From a virus, in the IMG/VR virus record IMGVR_UViG_3300010354_000046, positions 1 through 64,000 of that record: a stretch of 64,000 nt of DNA; one strand, 5' to 3'. The notes under the pieces were generated by a model. It was given only the letters and a program-made list of their open reading frames with translations, did not search any database and had not been told where the DNA came from. The translations under genes and the position numbers were made by a program. Of this stretch, positions 1 to 9,797 are shown piece after piece (within the stretch, counting starts at the first letter, position 1; every line of letters begins with the position of its first letter).

Positions 1-1049
1 CAGAAGAAAGCGTTAAGCACAACCCCATAATCCATATGACGGACTCGGGTTTCTTCTGTTCCTTGATTGTTCTTAAGTACAATAAGGTCATCAAACTGAT
101 GATGCCAAATAGGATAAAATACAGTAGCACTTGCATTGCGGATACCTCCTTGTGAGCATGAGCGCAAATCACCAAACCATTTCTTTAGAAAAGGGATCAT
201 GCCGGTGTGCATTATCTCACCTCCCCTAATAGGGGATCCCAACGGGCGTAGGCGTCCAATTTCTAAGCCAATGCCAGCACGTTTGCTAGCATACTTGGCC
301 ATCATTTCGCCACTAGCAAAAATACTATCCAAGTCATCATCACTGCGAATGAGTACGCACGAACTGAATTGTTTAGTAGGGGTACCGAGACCAGCAAGGA
401 CAGGAGTAGCAAGAGTAAATAGACCGTCACTGGCTGCATTGTAGTATTCCTTTATGTAACGCATACGTGCGCTGTTAGGTTCTTCTTTGTGAAATACTGT
501 TGCGGCTGCAACCATGTAGCGAACCTGCGGAGTTTCATAAATTTCTTTTGTACTACGATTTTTTACTAGGTACTTTTCAATTAATTGTTCAATGGCAGCG
601 TAGCTGTACTGCTCGTCTTTTTCGTGGTCGAGCATGTCATTCATCTTATTCCAGTCGTCTTCTGTATACCAGTCAAGTAGTTCACTAGTATAAAGACCTG
701 TTGCCACATTCTTTTTAACAATGTCATATAGGTGTGGTACTTCATAATCGCCGTATACATCTTTACGCAACATGCTTACTCTTTGTTTGCCAGCAACATA
801 CTGATAGTTTGTATGACCTACATCTGGATTATTTTCTACGTCAATAAGATCAACAATTGCACGTAGAGTTATTTCATCAATTTCTTTGGTGGTGATTCCG
901 TCGTAAAAGTGTGGCTGACTTTTAATTTCGATCATGCTCTGGCTGACATCGGCAATACCCTTACAAACCTTAGCGATTTGCAATTGCCATTTTTCAATTG
1001 TCAGCGGTTCTCTGTTTCCGTTTCTTTTTATAACTGTGATTTTGCTCAT
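1..1049 (-). CDS. nrdA: Ribonucleoside-diphosphate reductase class Ia alpha subunit, N-terminal part (runs off window edge)
   Basis: Manual translation: MSKITVIKRNGNREPL (ATP cone) ... ETPQ ... ATPVLAGLGTPTKQFSSCVLI ... AGIG ... SCSQGGIRNASATVFYPIWH; absent from ORF track because it is truncated. Confidence 0.95.
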   Translation of the reverse strand, partial: MSKITVIKRNGNREPLTIEKWQLQIAKVCKGIADVSQSMIEIKSQPHFYDGITTKEIDEITLRAIVDLIDVENNPDVGHTNYQYVAGKQRVSMLRKDVYGDYEVPHLYDIVKKNVATGLYTSELLDWYTEDDWNKMNDMLDHEKDEQYSYAAIEQLIEKYLVKNRSTKEIYETPQVRYMVAAATVFHKEEPNSARMRYIKEYYNAASDGLFTLATPVLAGLGTPTKQFSSCVLIRSDDDLDSIFASGEMMAKYASKRAGIGLEIGRLRPLGSPIRGGEIMHTGMIPFLKKWFGDLRSCSQGGIRNASATVFYPIWHHQFDDLIVLKNNQGTEETRVRHMDYGVVLNAFF

Positions 1050-1209
1050 ATTTTGTTCCGCTTTTGTGATGAATATTATTATTTTATCGAAATTAGAGAG
1101 TATTTAGTGACTACTTGAAAGCCTTCAATTCCTATTGAAATTCAACAATCTAGGTAGGTTTTTAACTGATCTCACGTGTTTGATAATCTATATCACAAAA
1201 GTAAACAGA

Positions 1210-1238
1210 ATTATATACGTGTATTTTTGCAAAGTCAA
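1210..1238 (-). promoter_or_regulatory. sigma70-like promoter upstream of nrdA
   Basis: Minus strand TTGACT-17 bp-TATAAT. Confidence 0.6.
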
Positions 1239-1254
1239 TTGTCTCGGTATAAAA

Positions 1255-2940
1255 TTATATTATAATTGAATATGAGTAGCTAAGATTTCCGCTGTCGCCG
1301 GATAAAGTATTTCGATATAAAATAGCCAACGACGATGGAACTTGTCCTGGTAATGCGGTATACGCCACACCAGTTTGGTCTAATAGCTGGGCACTAAAAA
1401 CCAATTGTAAAGATTTGTCTGCCGTGTCAACTCCGGCAAAATTATATTCGTCACTTAGTTGTATATTGGTATTGTAAGAAGGACTTGAGCCTAGGTTTAA
1501 GGCAACAGAAATAACGCCTTGTCGTGTAAAATTATTGTTTGTGCTTTGATAGACGTAGTCGATCAAGTATATAGAACTTCCACCTGTTACACCGGAAGCA
1601 TCAGTATTTAAAGGTAGTCTAAAAGCTAATGTATTACTAGTCACGTTGGCCAAGCCAATTCTACGCGGTGCTGATATTTTATATTCACCTCGGCCAGCTA
1701 GCTCAGGAATATAAACAGTTGTCAGGTTTCCTGCGGCTAATGCACTAGGGCGTGATGACATTAGATTGGTTACAGTATTTCCAGTTGAACTAAAATAAAT
1801 TTGTGGGTACTGGGTGAATGTTATATTGCCACCGTTTTGTCCAGAGTCTCCAACACGAGGGTTTTCGACAAAGTTACCAGAACCTAATCCAATATAGATA
1901 GCATGCTGTCTTACATTCTCTGCTACTAAACCAACGATGGTATTATTCCTAGGGCCGTATTGCTGACCAATACTACTACCATCGGCACCAAAGCCAAAGA
2001 CAAAACCCTGTCTTAAATTATTAAACTTGCAGTTTTCAAATACATTGGCATAAATGTCATGCAACGCATATACACCAAAACTAAATCCTGAAATTGTTAC
2101 ATCGTTGAAAAAGTTTCGAACAGAGCTAACTGCTGCCGAAAATGCTGTCAACTTGATACCAATACTGTTGGCATTATATGATCCGGTAAACTGACCCGAA
2201 ATATAAACATTTTCTAATCGGCATTCAGAAGCTGAATTCATTAAGATTCCTGTCTGGTCGCTGTTTTGTACCCAGATAGAAAAATATTTGATAAAAATAC
2301 CAGTGGGCTGTGTAGAGGAACTATTATTCCATGCTGCTGGGTAGCCGTTATGAACAAATTGTATTGCTGGACCAGTAGCTGTGCATAGCAACGATGTGCC
2401 GCCTAGGCTATCACCAATGAGTCTAGCATAACTAGGAAGTGTAATAGTGTTTGTAATCTTATAACGACCGGCAGGGACTTCAAGTGTTACTCTTGATTTT
2501 TGTGAAGCAACACTGGTTCCATATGCTGGGGATGCTTGATCTAAGAATAGCTCGTTAATTGCTCTTTGAAATGCTGCCGTATCATCAGTAACGCCGTCGC
2601 CAACTGCACCAAAGTCTTTTAAATTTACACGATCATCTAAACGTTCTTGTAACGTTCTTATCACCGGGCTGTTTGCAGTAGCACCGGTTTGAACTTCGGT
2701 TGGTCGGTAGACATAGTCTAATAAATCAAGAAAATTTCCTGATCCCGAAATGTCGTTCTGGGTTAGAATCTTAGTGTTACCAACTCCCGGCGAACCTTCC
2801 GCAACACTTCCATTACCAATATATAGTTCTTGAGTATCAACTGCCCAGGCCATTTCTCCGCTGGCCAGTTGAGGAATGCCTGAGCCGCTATTGGCTTTTC
2901 CTCTACGGATTTGTATTCTTGAGATTTGAACGACAGCCAT
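1255..2940 (-). CDS. Virion tail fibre/spike-like protein with pectate-lyase-like beta-helix
   Basis: N-terminal RIQIRRG...LASGEMAWAVDTQELYIG module; VNLKDFGAVGDGVTDDTAAFQRAI motif; TAAATA late core at 2963-2968. Confidence 0.75.
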   Translation of the reverse strand: MAVVQISRIQIRRGKANSGSGIPQLASGEMAWAVDTQELYIGNGSVAEGSPGVGNTKILTQNDISGSGNFLDLLDYVYRPTEVQTGATANSPVIRTLQERLDDRVNLKDFGAVGDGVTDDTAAFQRAINELFLDQASPAYGTSVASQKSRVTLEVPAGRYKITNTITLPSYARLIGDSLGGTSLLCTATGPAIQFVHNGYPAAWNNSSSTQPTGIFIKYFSIWVQNSDQTGILMNSASECRLENVYISGQFTGSYNANSIGIKLTAFSAAVSSVRNFFNDVTISGFSFGVYALHDIYANVFENCKFNNLRQGFVFGFGADGSSIGQQYGPRNNTIVGLVAENVRQHAIYIGLGSGNFVENPRVGDSGQNGGNITFTQYPQIYFSSTGNTVTNLMSSRPSALAAGNLTTVYIPELAGRGEYKISAPRRIGLANVTSNTLAFRLPLNTDASGVTGGSSIYLIDYVYQSTNNNFTRQGVISVALNLGSSPSYNTNIQLSDEYNFAGVDTADKSLQLVFSAQLLDQTGVAYTALPGQVPSSLAILYRNTLSGDSGNLSYSYSIII

Positions 2941-2968
2941 CTAAATATCCTTGTTATATGGATATTTA

Positions 2969-3685
2969 TCAGTTCTCTCGGTAGTATTGTTCCACCCTAT
3001 TCCACCACTGGGTTTCCCAGTATCCAAAGCGATCTGGCGTAAGGATAAATTCTTGGTATTTTGGTTCTCCCCATGTTAATGGGGTTATTTCTGGGGGTTT
3101 TACACACATTAGCACCACACCTTTACGTATTTTTGTACCATGTATTTCATTGTGTGCTAACGCATAGGCTGTTAATTGTAAGTAGTAATCTTCTATATAT
3201 TCTTCTTTTTTAGGCTTGTTAGTCTGCTTGTAGTCTAGTATGCTTTCTTCATTTAAATGAAGCCCGCAGCCATCAGTAGTTCCCGCATATAATCCGGGAT
3301 AATACAACGGAACCTCTACTCCCCACACTTCATTAACATTTTTTAATCCATGTTCAATGATACATTGTGCCATTTTATGGCTCTGATGGCTGTAAGGGTT
3401 TGTTCCTGGTTGTGCAACAACACCAGTTTTAACATAGTCTTCAAGGAACTTGTGCATACGTGTTCCTCGGCCTGCTGCCTCTGTTACAATTTCTTGTGCT
3501 TTAACTTCGCCCACTCGTTTCTTCCATTCCAGTAGGGCTTTTACCTTTTCATAAGGTTTGGTTTTATCAAGGATAGTTGTAACGCTGGGAACTTTGCTGC
3601 CGTCTGGGGTAGCATATAATCTTTTGCCGTCTACGCTTTCTCGATTAATCGGTGTGTAGTCAAATTTTTCGGTTAATAAAGTCAT
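2969..3685 (-). CDS. PD-(D/E)XK exonuclease (Cas4/MGME1-like phage exonuclease)
   Basis: PSVTTIL, RGTRMH, YAGTTD, ILDYKQ, QLTAYA motifs; TTGACT-17-TACACT promoter upstream. Confidence 0.85.
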   Translation of the reverse strand: MTLLTEKFDYTPINRESVDGKRLYATPDGSKVPSVTTILDKTKPYEKVKALLEWKKRVGEVKAQEIVTEAAGRGTRMHKFLEDYVKTGVVAQPGTNPYSHQSHKMAQCIIEHGLKNVNEVWGVEVPLYYPGLYAGTTDGCGLHLNEESILDYKQTNKPKKEEYIEDYYLQLTAYALAHNEIHGTKIRKGVVLMCVKPPEITPLTWGEPKYQEFILTPDRFGYWETQWWNRVEQYYREN

Positions 3686-3723
3686 GACTTTAGTGTACTA
3701 AAAAACAATAACAAAGTCAAGGA

Positions 3724-4050
3724 TTATTTCCCTAATTTAGTAGCACGTTTAGCCATCTTACTAACTTCGCTAGGGCCTGCACTTTGACCCTGTGGAAGTT
3801 CTTGGCTGGTGGTATTCTTCATTACTATGCCGTGACCGTCAAAACGATCTACTAGATCTTTTAGGATTTGGTCACTAGGTTTTTGACTATCCCAAAGTTG
3901 CTTAAATGTTTTGTAACTGATATTTAAGCCGGACGACCTCATCTTGCGCTGAAGTTCTAACCAAGTATGTTGTCCGTTTGAGTTATGTTCTTCGTCTGAA
4001 GACTGTAGAGTCCTTAGTAGTAAAACTAAAGGCTCTACAGATTCATTTAC
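3724..4050 (-). CDS. Hypothetical protein, probably expressed as the -1 frameshift extension of 4047..5027
   Basis: Frame opens at the A9G slippery run and stays open 36 codons before the first ATG (3942). Confidence 0.6.
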   Translation of the reverse strand, partial: VNESVEPLVLLLRTLQSSDEEHNSNGQHTWLELQRKMRSSGLNISYKTFKQLWDSQKPSDQILKDLVDRFDGHGIVMKNTTSQELPQGQSAGPSEVSKMAKRATKLGK

Positions 4051-4056
4051 TTTTTT
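4003..4056 (-). other. Programmed -1 ribosomal frameshift signal (A AAA AAG plus downstream stem-loop)
   Basis: Heptamer 4056-4050 in frame just before the stop; hairpin CTGTAGAG...CTCTACAG at 4040-4003. Confidence 0.7.
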
Positions 4057-5027
4057 TTTGAATTAAGTAGCATTGAAAGTTTACGACTGTAATCGATACT
4101 CTCACGCTTTTCTCTGCCTACTTCTGCGGCTGCTGGTGGAAGTTCTCCTTCACCACCAACTGGCATTTCTGGTTCTCCTGCTGGAGCGCCCATGTCAACA
4201 CCGCCGATGCCTGCTGAAGCACCCATTGTCGGTGCTTCACCGCCTGATACAACTGATAGAGCGCCTGATAAGCCTTGGCGGCTTGATTCTAAACTTGCAT
4301 ATAATGATTCTAGTGCAGGCTTAACAGCTTCTTGATATGCTTGAGCTACGTCGCTGCCTGATGTTTCTCTTATAGAGTCTAATAATTCTAATAGCTGTTC
4401 AGCCTTCATTGCGGCTACATCTTCTAGCCAGCCTGTGACACGGTCGACCATGTCTTTAGTTGCCATGATAATCTCAGCTTTTTGTTCTTCGCCTTCTAAT
4501 AAAATCCAGCTGGCTACTGATTCATTTAAGTCGTAACGTAATTTTAATTCAGCCTTTAATTCTGCATTGTCCGACTCACCCAATTTAATACGACTAAGCG
4601 CACTTCTAATCCAAGCGTCTGGAACAGAGTGCTGTTTAGCACGAGCTACCATAAATGGTGCTGTAGGGTGGCGACTTTCTGTTTTAGATTCTTTTTTCTT
4701 CATATCTTTTTTATCTTCATGTTTTTCTTCTTCACACTCGCATGGCTTGCAGTCGCACGTTGGACACTTTCCTTCTTCGCGTTCCATAATTTCTTGATTG
4801 ATACAATCAAGGAATAAACGAGTTTTTTGGTATTCAGGGCTCTCTAGAACAGAATCAAAACTTTCTGAAAGTTCTAATTGGCTTAATTTTGTACGTAACT
4901 TGTTACGTGCATCTTCAAGCTGTACATCTGAAAACTGCTCTAAATTAATTTTATAACCAAACTTGTTTGCAAGGCTTTCGTTGAGCTGTTTGCTAGTCAC
5001 TGGTTTTGAAAATTCTCTAATTTGCAT
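4047..5027 (-). CDS. Acidic coiled-coil late protein, possible prohead core/scaffold
   Basis: 326 aa E/K-rich helical protein, MQIREF N-terminus, TAAATA at 5055-5060. Confidence 0.55.
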   Translation of the reverse strand: MQIREFSKPVTSKQLNESLANKFGYKINLEQFSDVQLEDARNKLRTKLSQLELSESFDSVLESPEYQKTRLFLDCINQEIMEREEGKCPTCDCKPCECEEEKHEDKKDMKKKESKTESRHPTAPFMVARAKQHSVPDAWIRSALSRIKLGESDNAELKAELKLRYDLNESVASWILLEGEEQKAEIIMATKDMVDRVTGWLEDVAAMKAEQLLELLDSIRETSGSDVAQAYQEAVKPALESLYASLESSRQGLSGALSVVSGGEAPTMGASAGIGGVDMGAPAGEPEMPVGGEGELPPAAAEVGREKRESIDYSRKLSMLLNSKKK

Positions 5028-5057
5028 GATTCTTTTCCTAGAAATCTTATTACGTAT

Positions 5058-5513
5058 TTATACAAATGTCCACTTAAACATTCTACTAATTTCATCCTTG
5101 TAGGCTCCAGCTCTGGCTGTGCTTTCCTCAAATTTGTTTAACAGTATCAAGTACCTTTCAAAATCCTTGGTTATTTTTAAGTTATTTTGATATATTGTAC
5201 GGTCCATATGGTTAGCCCAATATTGATTGTCTAACATTTTGATTTGATTATATTTGTTCAAGTTTATTTTATAGTAGGCCTTGGCTGCTAACAATGCACA
5301 ACTTTTTAAAAAGAACTCGCCGACGACATCCTTGTTGGATGCATTATACAATGTCCATTTTCCAGCTTTATTCTTTTTAATCAAATACCCTTTGTAATAA
5401 AGTGTATCTTTGGAAATAACACGGATTTCTAGATGTTCATCGAGTGTATGACTCAATTCTAACGCTAGATCGTCTAAGCTGGGTTTTTTAAATTTCTTGG
5501 GCTTCATTGGCAA
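5058..5513 (-). CDS. Hypothetical protein
   Basis: 151 aa ORF in a tightly packed minus-strand run. Confidence 0.7.
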   Translation of the reverse strand: MPMKPKKFKKPSLDDLALELSHTLDEHLEIRVISKDTLYYKGYLIKKNKAGKWTLYNASNKDVVGEFFLKSCALLAAKAYYKINLNKYNQIKMLDNQYWANHMDRTIYQNNLKITKDFERYLILLNKFEESTARAGAYKDEISRMFKWTFV

Positions 5514-5697
5514 CTACCTTAGGATTACTATCTCCTATCTTAGTTACCAAACTTTTACGAATGAGAGCCTGAATCCTGAACTGCTCTTGCTCGTTAAGAT
5601 TGGCTAACAGTACCGGCGTCTTAAGTTTTTCAAGAAGTGCTTTTTCCTCGTTGGTCGTCCATATTTCAAAAGCACTGATTAACTCGTTAATTTTCAT
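5488..5697 (-). CDS. Hypothetical protein (MKINEL N-terminus)
   Basis: 69 aa ORF overlapping its neighbours. Confidence 0.7.
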   Translation of the reverse strand: MKINELISAFEIWTTNEEKALLEKLKTPVLLANLNEQEQFRIQALIRKSLVTKIGDSNPKVVANEAQEI

Positions 5698-6740
5698 TTT
5701 AAACCTGCAATGCGTAGCATGTCGTTAAGTTCTGCTATCAAAGGATCTTTACGCGGTGTACGGCCTTCTGGAGTAGCTACACCTGTTTGTTGAGCAGCAT
5801 AGTTATTACCTAGCTTGTCTAACTCGGTAGCCTGACCTACTAGGTCTTTTCGTTGTTTTTGTAGTGATGGCTCGTAAGCAATGAGATCAGTTATAGCTTT
5901 TTGTTCTTCTGGAGGACGTTGCTGAAACTCTGGTTTTTGCATTTCTGCTTTGAGTTCTGTAATAAATTCTAAGAACCATTCTAGCAGTTCATCCAAACTG
6001 TAGAGCAGGCTTCCGTACATGTTACTCATTGTAGCTCTGACATCAAGAGTGCCGTCAGGTTTGGCAACTACTATTTTGTCAATTTCAGCGGCATACTTGG
6101 GATCTACTTCAGCCATCATGTCGGCTTTGAGTTTTTGAGCGTCAATAGAAACATCCTCTGCTGCGCCTTCTTCACTCATTGATCCAGATTGACTAGAAGT
6201 TACTGGAGTTCCTGGTTTAAGTGAATCGCCTGCTCCAGGAGCAAGGCTAGCTGTTTTTCCATCTGGGCCTGGCAATACTGCATCGCCTGTTGTTTTTAGT
6301 TCAGTGCCGTCAGTCTTTTTAATAGTTACTTGTTTGCCATCCGGACTAACATTACTAACTGTACCAATAGGTGTAGTTTCATCTAGTTCATCGCCTACAT
6401 TCATTGGCTCTAGGTCATCTTCTCCGTGAAAGTATGAAGTTAACGCATTTGCAAAGTTGTCAACATATTTAGGGTTAACACGGCCATCTAGAAAACTAAC
6501 AGCTTTTTTGTAAACGGAATTATAGTCGCCACTGTCGTCGTCCATAGGTGCATCTTCACTGTTCATCCAGTGGCCATATAAACGATCAATAGCACCTTCT
6601 TTAACTTGCTGTTTCTTCTGCTCGCCAGGTGCAACTGGGCCTTGTGGTTTAACAGGCTCAATATATGACTTTGGTTTTGATGCATACTTCTTTGCTCTGA
6701 AGCCTTTTTTGTGTTCGCCAACTACTTGTTTAACTTTCAT
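5694..6740 (-). CDS. Hypothetical virion/internal head protein
   Basis: 348 aa modular acidic protein ending ELNDMLRIAGLK. Confidence 0.65.
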   Translation of the reverse strand: MKVKQVVGEHKKGFRAKKYASKPKSYIEPVKPQGPVAPGEQKKQQVKEGAIDRLYGHWMNSEDAPMDDDSGDYNSVYKKAVSFLDGRVNPKYVDNFANALTSYFHGEDDLEPMNVGDELDETTPIGTVSNVSPDGKQVTIKKTDGTELKTTGDAVLPGPDGKTASLAPGAGDSLKPGTPVTSSQSGSMSEEGAAEDVSIDAQKLKADMMAEVDPKYAAEIDKIVVAKPDGTLDVRATMSNMYGSLLYSLDELLEWFLEFITELKAEMQKPEFQQRPPEEQKAITDLIAYEPSLQKQRKDLVGQATELDKLGNNYAAQQTGVATPEGRTPRKDPLIAELNDMLRIAGLK

Positions 6741-7437
6741 TTTGTTCTCCGAGGCTCAGTGCCGCACTTTGTAATCTATTAATATGACGTCTTAATCTAT
6801 CTATTTGTCCTCTAGCTCTTAGTAATTTAAATGCTAAATTTTCTACACTAGCTTCGCCACCAGCTGATAAGCCTGCTTGACGCAAACGTCTAATGTCGGA
6901 CATTGTTTCCTTAGCAGTATTTAATTGATTTGAACGCAGGGCTTGATTTATTCTACTGGCATAATTTCTAGCCTTGCGTTTAATTTCGCTGTGTGCAGGA
7001 TAACTAGTAATCTTTTTTGGTTCGCTTAACCACTGATCATTTAGTATGCTATAAATGCCCGCACTAAAATGTTTTTGTTTGCTATCTTGTACATACAACT
7101 CAACATCAATTCCGTATATCTTTATATCGTGTGTAAAGTTGTAGTGATTCTTTTTGGCGTCGTATAGTTCTGCACGCTCTAGGCTGTCAATATCTGCTAC
7201 TAGATGTAGATCTATATCACTGCTGTCGCTATAGTTATAGCCAGCGTTACTTCCGCTGATAGTGATATCTCTCAGGTTAAGTTTGTTTACATTTAGAAAG
7301 TCTGCAAAGTTTTTTGCAATAATCAGTAGTTTGGCACGTACTTCTGGTGTTAGTTTATTATTTTGCCAAAGTTTAGGATTCAGTTCATCGTTGACAGTAA
7401 TAGGCTCAGGTGCTTCTGTAAAATCTTTTATGAACAT
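6730..7437 (-). CDS. Pol-beta superfamily nucleotidyltransferase
   Basis: ISGSNAGYNYSDSSDIDLHLV (GS...DxD) plus downstream VELYVQD acidic residue. Confidence 0.75.
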   Translation of the reverse strand: MFIKDFTEAPEPITVNDELNPKLWQNNKLTPEVRAKLLIIAKNFADFLNVNKLNLRDITISGSNAGYNYSDSSDIDLHLVADIDSLERAELYDAKKNHYNFTHDIKIYGIDVELYVQDSKQKHFSAGIYSILNDQWLSEPKKITSYPAHSEIKRKARNYASRINQALRSNQLNTAKETMSDIRRLRQAGLSAGGEASVENLAFKLLRARGQIDRLRRHINRLQSAALSLGEQNES

Positions 7438-7445
7438 ACACAGCC

Positions 7446-7856
7446 TTATAGTCCTACAAATCTCAATAGTGTTTTAACATCAACATGGCCAATCCAGCCA
7501 GCGCCTGCGGCAAAAGCTAGGCCCATCATTATGTACAGAGTAAACTTGTGCTTTTGTCTTTCTAATTCATTAAGTTTACCAGCTAACTCATTATGTTGTG
7601 CAGTACCTTCGGCATGTAATTTGTTAGCATGTTCGTAAAAATTGCTTCTACTTGAACGGTATTCATCTAACATACACTCTAACTTGGCATCTAACTGATC
7701 ACGTGTACGATCTAAACAGTCGTGCATTTCTTTAACATCTACTTTAAGGTCTCCAACCTTTTCATCGATGTTATCTACTTTGGTTTCTAATACGCTTACA
7801 CGCTCAGGTAATGTTGCCAGTTGTGGCAACGCTTCTTTAGTTGCTATTCGAGCCAT
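7446..7856 (-). CDS. Coiled-coil protein with C-terminal transmembrane helix (possible lysis/membrane protein)
   Basis: Start MARIATKE with GGAG RBS; coiled coil then FTLYIMMGLAFAAGAGWI. Confidence 0.6.
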   Translation of the reverse strand: MARIATKEALPQLATLPERVSVLETKVDNIDEKVGDLKVDVKEMHDCLDRTRDQLDAKLECMLDEYRSSRSNFYEHANKLHAEGTAQHNELAGKLNELERQKHKFTLYIMMGLAFAAGAGWIGHVDVKTLLRFVGL

Positions 7857-7950
7857 AATAGGCCGTTCTCCTATGATTAAGTCAGGGTCCTTTACGGGAC
7901 ATGTGCCTAATATGAGATGCCTATCGTCTTGTGCCTTTGTTGTATATTTA

Positions 7951-8352
7951 TTACTTTTGATGAAAAACAATATTGGGCCTATCTTGCTTGGTATTGAATA
8001 CAGCAAACTTCTGCTGCATCATTTCACTTAGGTTAGCAATATAAGGAACAAGATGAAAATCATCTTTTAAACTGCCAACTGGGTCACCGTCTTTTTCATA
8101 CAAGTAATCTCGTTCTGTGCTCCAGTCAAATCTCCATACACGGATAACTTCGTCTGTATCAAATCCTATTAATCGTCCCCTAAGTTCAATCATCTCAGGC
8201 TTGTGTACAAACGAAATATTAGACCGTATGCCTAGGGTTTGCAGTACAGTTTGGAAGTTTTGTTCTCTCCATCGAGCTTCTTCCTTACCTTCTTCAAACC
8301 TGTGCTGGCCGGTGTTGGTAATGTCAACTAACGTGTATAATTTGTATTGCAT
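7951..8352 (-). CDS. Hypothetical protein
   Basis: 133 aa ORF, TAAATA at 8357-8362. Confidence 0.7.
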   Translation of the reverse strand: MQYKLYTLVDITNTGQHRFEEGKEEARWREQNFQTVLQTLGIRSNISFVHKPEMIELRGRLIGFDTDEVIRVWRFDWSTERDYLYEKDGDPVGSLKDDFHLVPYIANLSEMMQQKFAVFNTKQDRPNIVFHQK

Positions 8353-8370
8353 GACATATTTAACAGTCGT

Positions 8371-8398
8371 AAAAAAGCCTGCTGTAAAAGCAGGCTTA
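8371..8398 (-). terminator. Intrinsic terminator
   Basis: AAGCCTGC/GCAGGCTT stem with T-run on the minus strand. Confidence 0.7.
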
Positions 8399-8428
8399 GT
8401 CTTCCCATCCCGTTGAGAAGTTTAAAGA

Positions 8429-8863
8429 TTAACCGTGGAATGGAGCAACGAAACCAGTTGGAACTGTTACTGTTGCGGCAACACCACCGTTACCAGCAGC
8501 AATAGCTGTTTCAAAAATTCCATAGTTAGCAGTTGGTTGTAAACCGCCGGAAGGAATAGCTGTACGGCTTGTTTCGCTGTCACCAACGTACTGTGTATCT
8601 GTTGCAATGATTGCGTGGAAGTAATCGTCAGTGTCGTTTACTGGTGTGAATACTGCCCAAACTTCAGCTGTTTGCTGTAGAGCACGAACACTCTTGCTGA
8701 ACAAGCTGTCTGCATCTGCGTGGCTTACGAATACGTCAGCGATAGCAACTTTAATAACTGTAAGTTGACGTGTACCAAACTGTGTGCTTGGCTTTGTTTT
8801 TAGGTAGTTTGCTGCAACGTTTACTAGGTTGTTGGTCAAACTTGGATCGATTACTGATGGCAT
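8429..8863 (-). CDS. Putative abundant virion structural protein
   Basis: 144 aa A/T/V-rich, strong GAGGAG RBS, own late promoter core (8915) and terminator. Confidence 0.6.
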   Translation of the reverse strand: MPSVIDPSLTNNLVNVAANYLKTKPSTQFGTRQLTVIKVAIADVFVSHADADSLFSKSVRALQQTAEVWAVFTPVNDTDDYFHAIIATDTQYVGDSETSRTAIPSGGLQPTANYGIFETAIAAGNGGVAATVTVPTGFVAPFHG

Positions 8864-8942
8864 AATATTTTCTCCTCATATGCTTTAGCTCACACTCTGT
8901 GAGCTTTGTATATGTATTTAGTTCGGAGGAAAAAAATTGGGT

Positions 8943-9797
8943 TCAAAGGGCTATTTTTGCCCTAATAGATTTAAACCAGTCCGTAGTACCTTCTTTTAAA
9001 TGTGGGTACTTTTTAGCCATGTCTGCACGGAATTGCTCTAAACGTGGGCTATTGATGCCGCCAACTGCGGCTATGATGCTTTCTACATTACCCAAGTCAT
9101 CAGCAGTACGCCCTTTACCTAGAGCAATTTCTGCTACTTTATCTATATCGCGTGTGATAACTTCACCTGTTTCGCGCTTTTGTAGTGCGCCGCCAAAGCC
9201 GTTGTATTGGAATGTGCGTGGAGGATAACCTGGAATAGTGTTAATAATACTACTCATAGCATACTGCTGATCCTGCCCAGAATAAGGAGTACCTTTAACA
9301 CTATAGTCGTGCTCATGATGTCGTCCAATTTCGTGAGCATGTTCCATAGTCATTAAATCAATTTGAAAGTAAGCAGGCAGTGGGCCGTTGGGTGTATCTA
9401 TGTTTTCACCCATAGGAAAGCCAATGTGTACATTCTTACCTATGCTGGTTGCAGGGAAACGCTTGCCCATGACTGCTAATAACGCTTTACGCACGGCTGC
9501 ATCGTCTAGACTAGGATCTAGTTTCATACCCTTCTTTAACAACGTTGTATCCAAGAAAACATCTACATCGCCACTGTCAACTTTGGTGGTGCCTTTCTTA
9601 GCAAATCTATGCTCAGGATCAAACGACCCGGCGCCGCCTGCACGCCAAAAGCCAGCATCTCCTAGTTTAGCTAGCATGGGCTGTAGTGCTTGCTTAACCT
9701 GCAAGAACTGTTCGCGTGTAAGCCTAACTAACACACCCTCTGTAGGATTATCCTTAATACCTACAATGCCTAGCTTTTTTAGTGCATTGCCACTCAT
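8943..9797 (-). CDS. Nucleotidyltransferase-fold protein (PolX-like motifs)
   Basis: AGS...DSGDVDV and FQIDLM motifs. Confidence 0.55.
   Translation of the reverse strand: MSGNALKKLGIVGIKDNPTEGVLVRLTREQFLQVKQALQPMLAKLGDAGFWRAGGAGSFDPEHRFAKKGTTKVDSGDVDVFLDTTLLKKGMKLDPSLDDAAVRKALLAVMGKRFPATSIGKNVHIGFPMGENIDTPNGPLPAYFQIDLMTMEHAHEIGRHHEHDYSVKGTPYSGQDQQYAMSSIINTIPGYPPRTFQYNGFGGALQKRETGEVITRDIDKVAEIALGKGRTADDLGNVESIIAAVGGINSPRLEQFRADMAKKYPHLKEGTTDWFKSIRAKIAL

Noticed and set aside
136-1118. Plus-strand ORFs 136..444, 500..688 and 909..1118
   Set aside because: They are antisense shadows of nrdA.
2969-3685. Cas4-like nuclease as part of a CRISPR system
   Set aside because: It lacks the Fe-S cysteine set and any cas or array context; it is an ordinary phage exonuclease.
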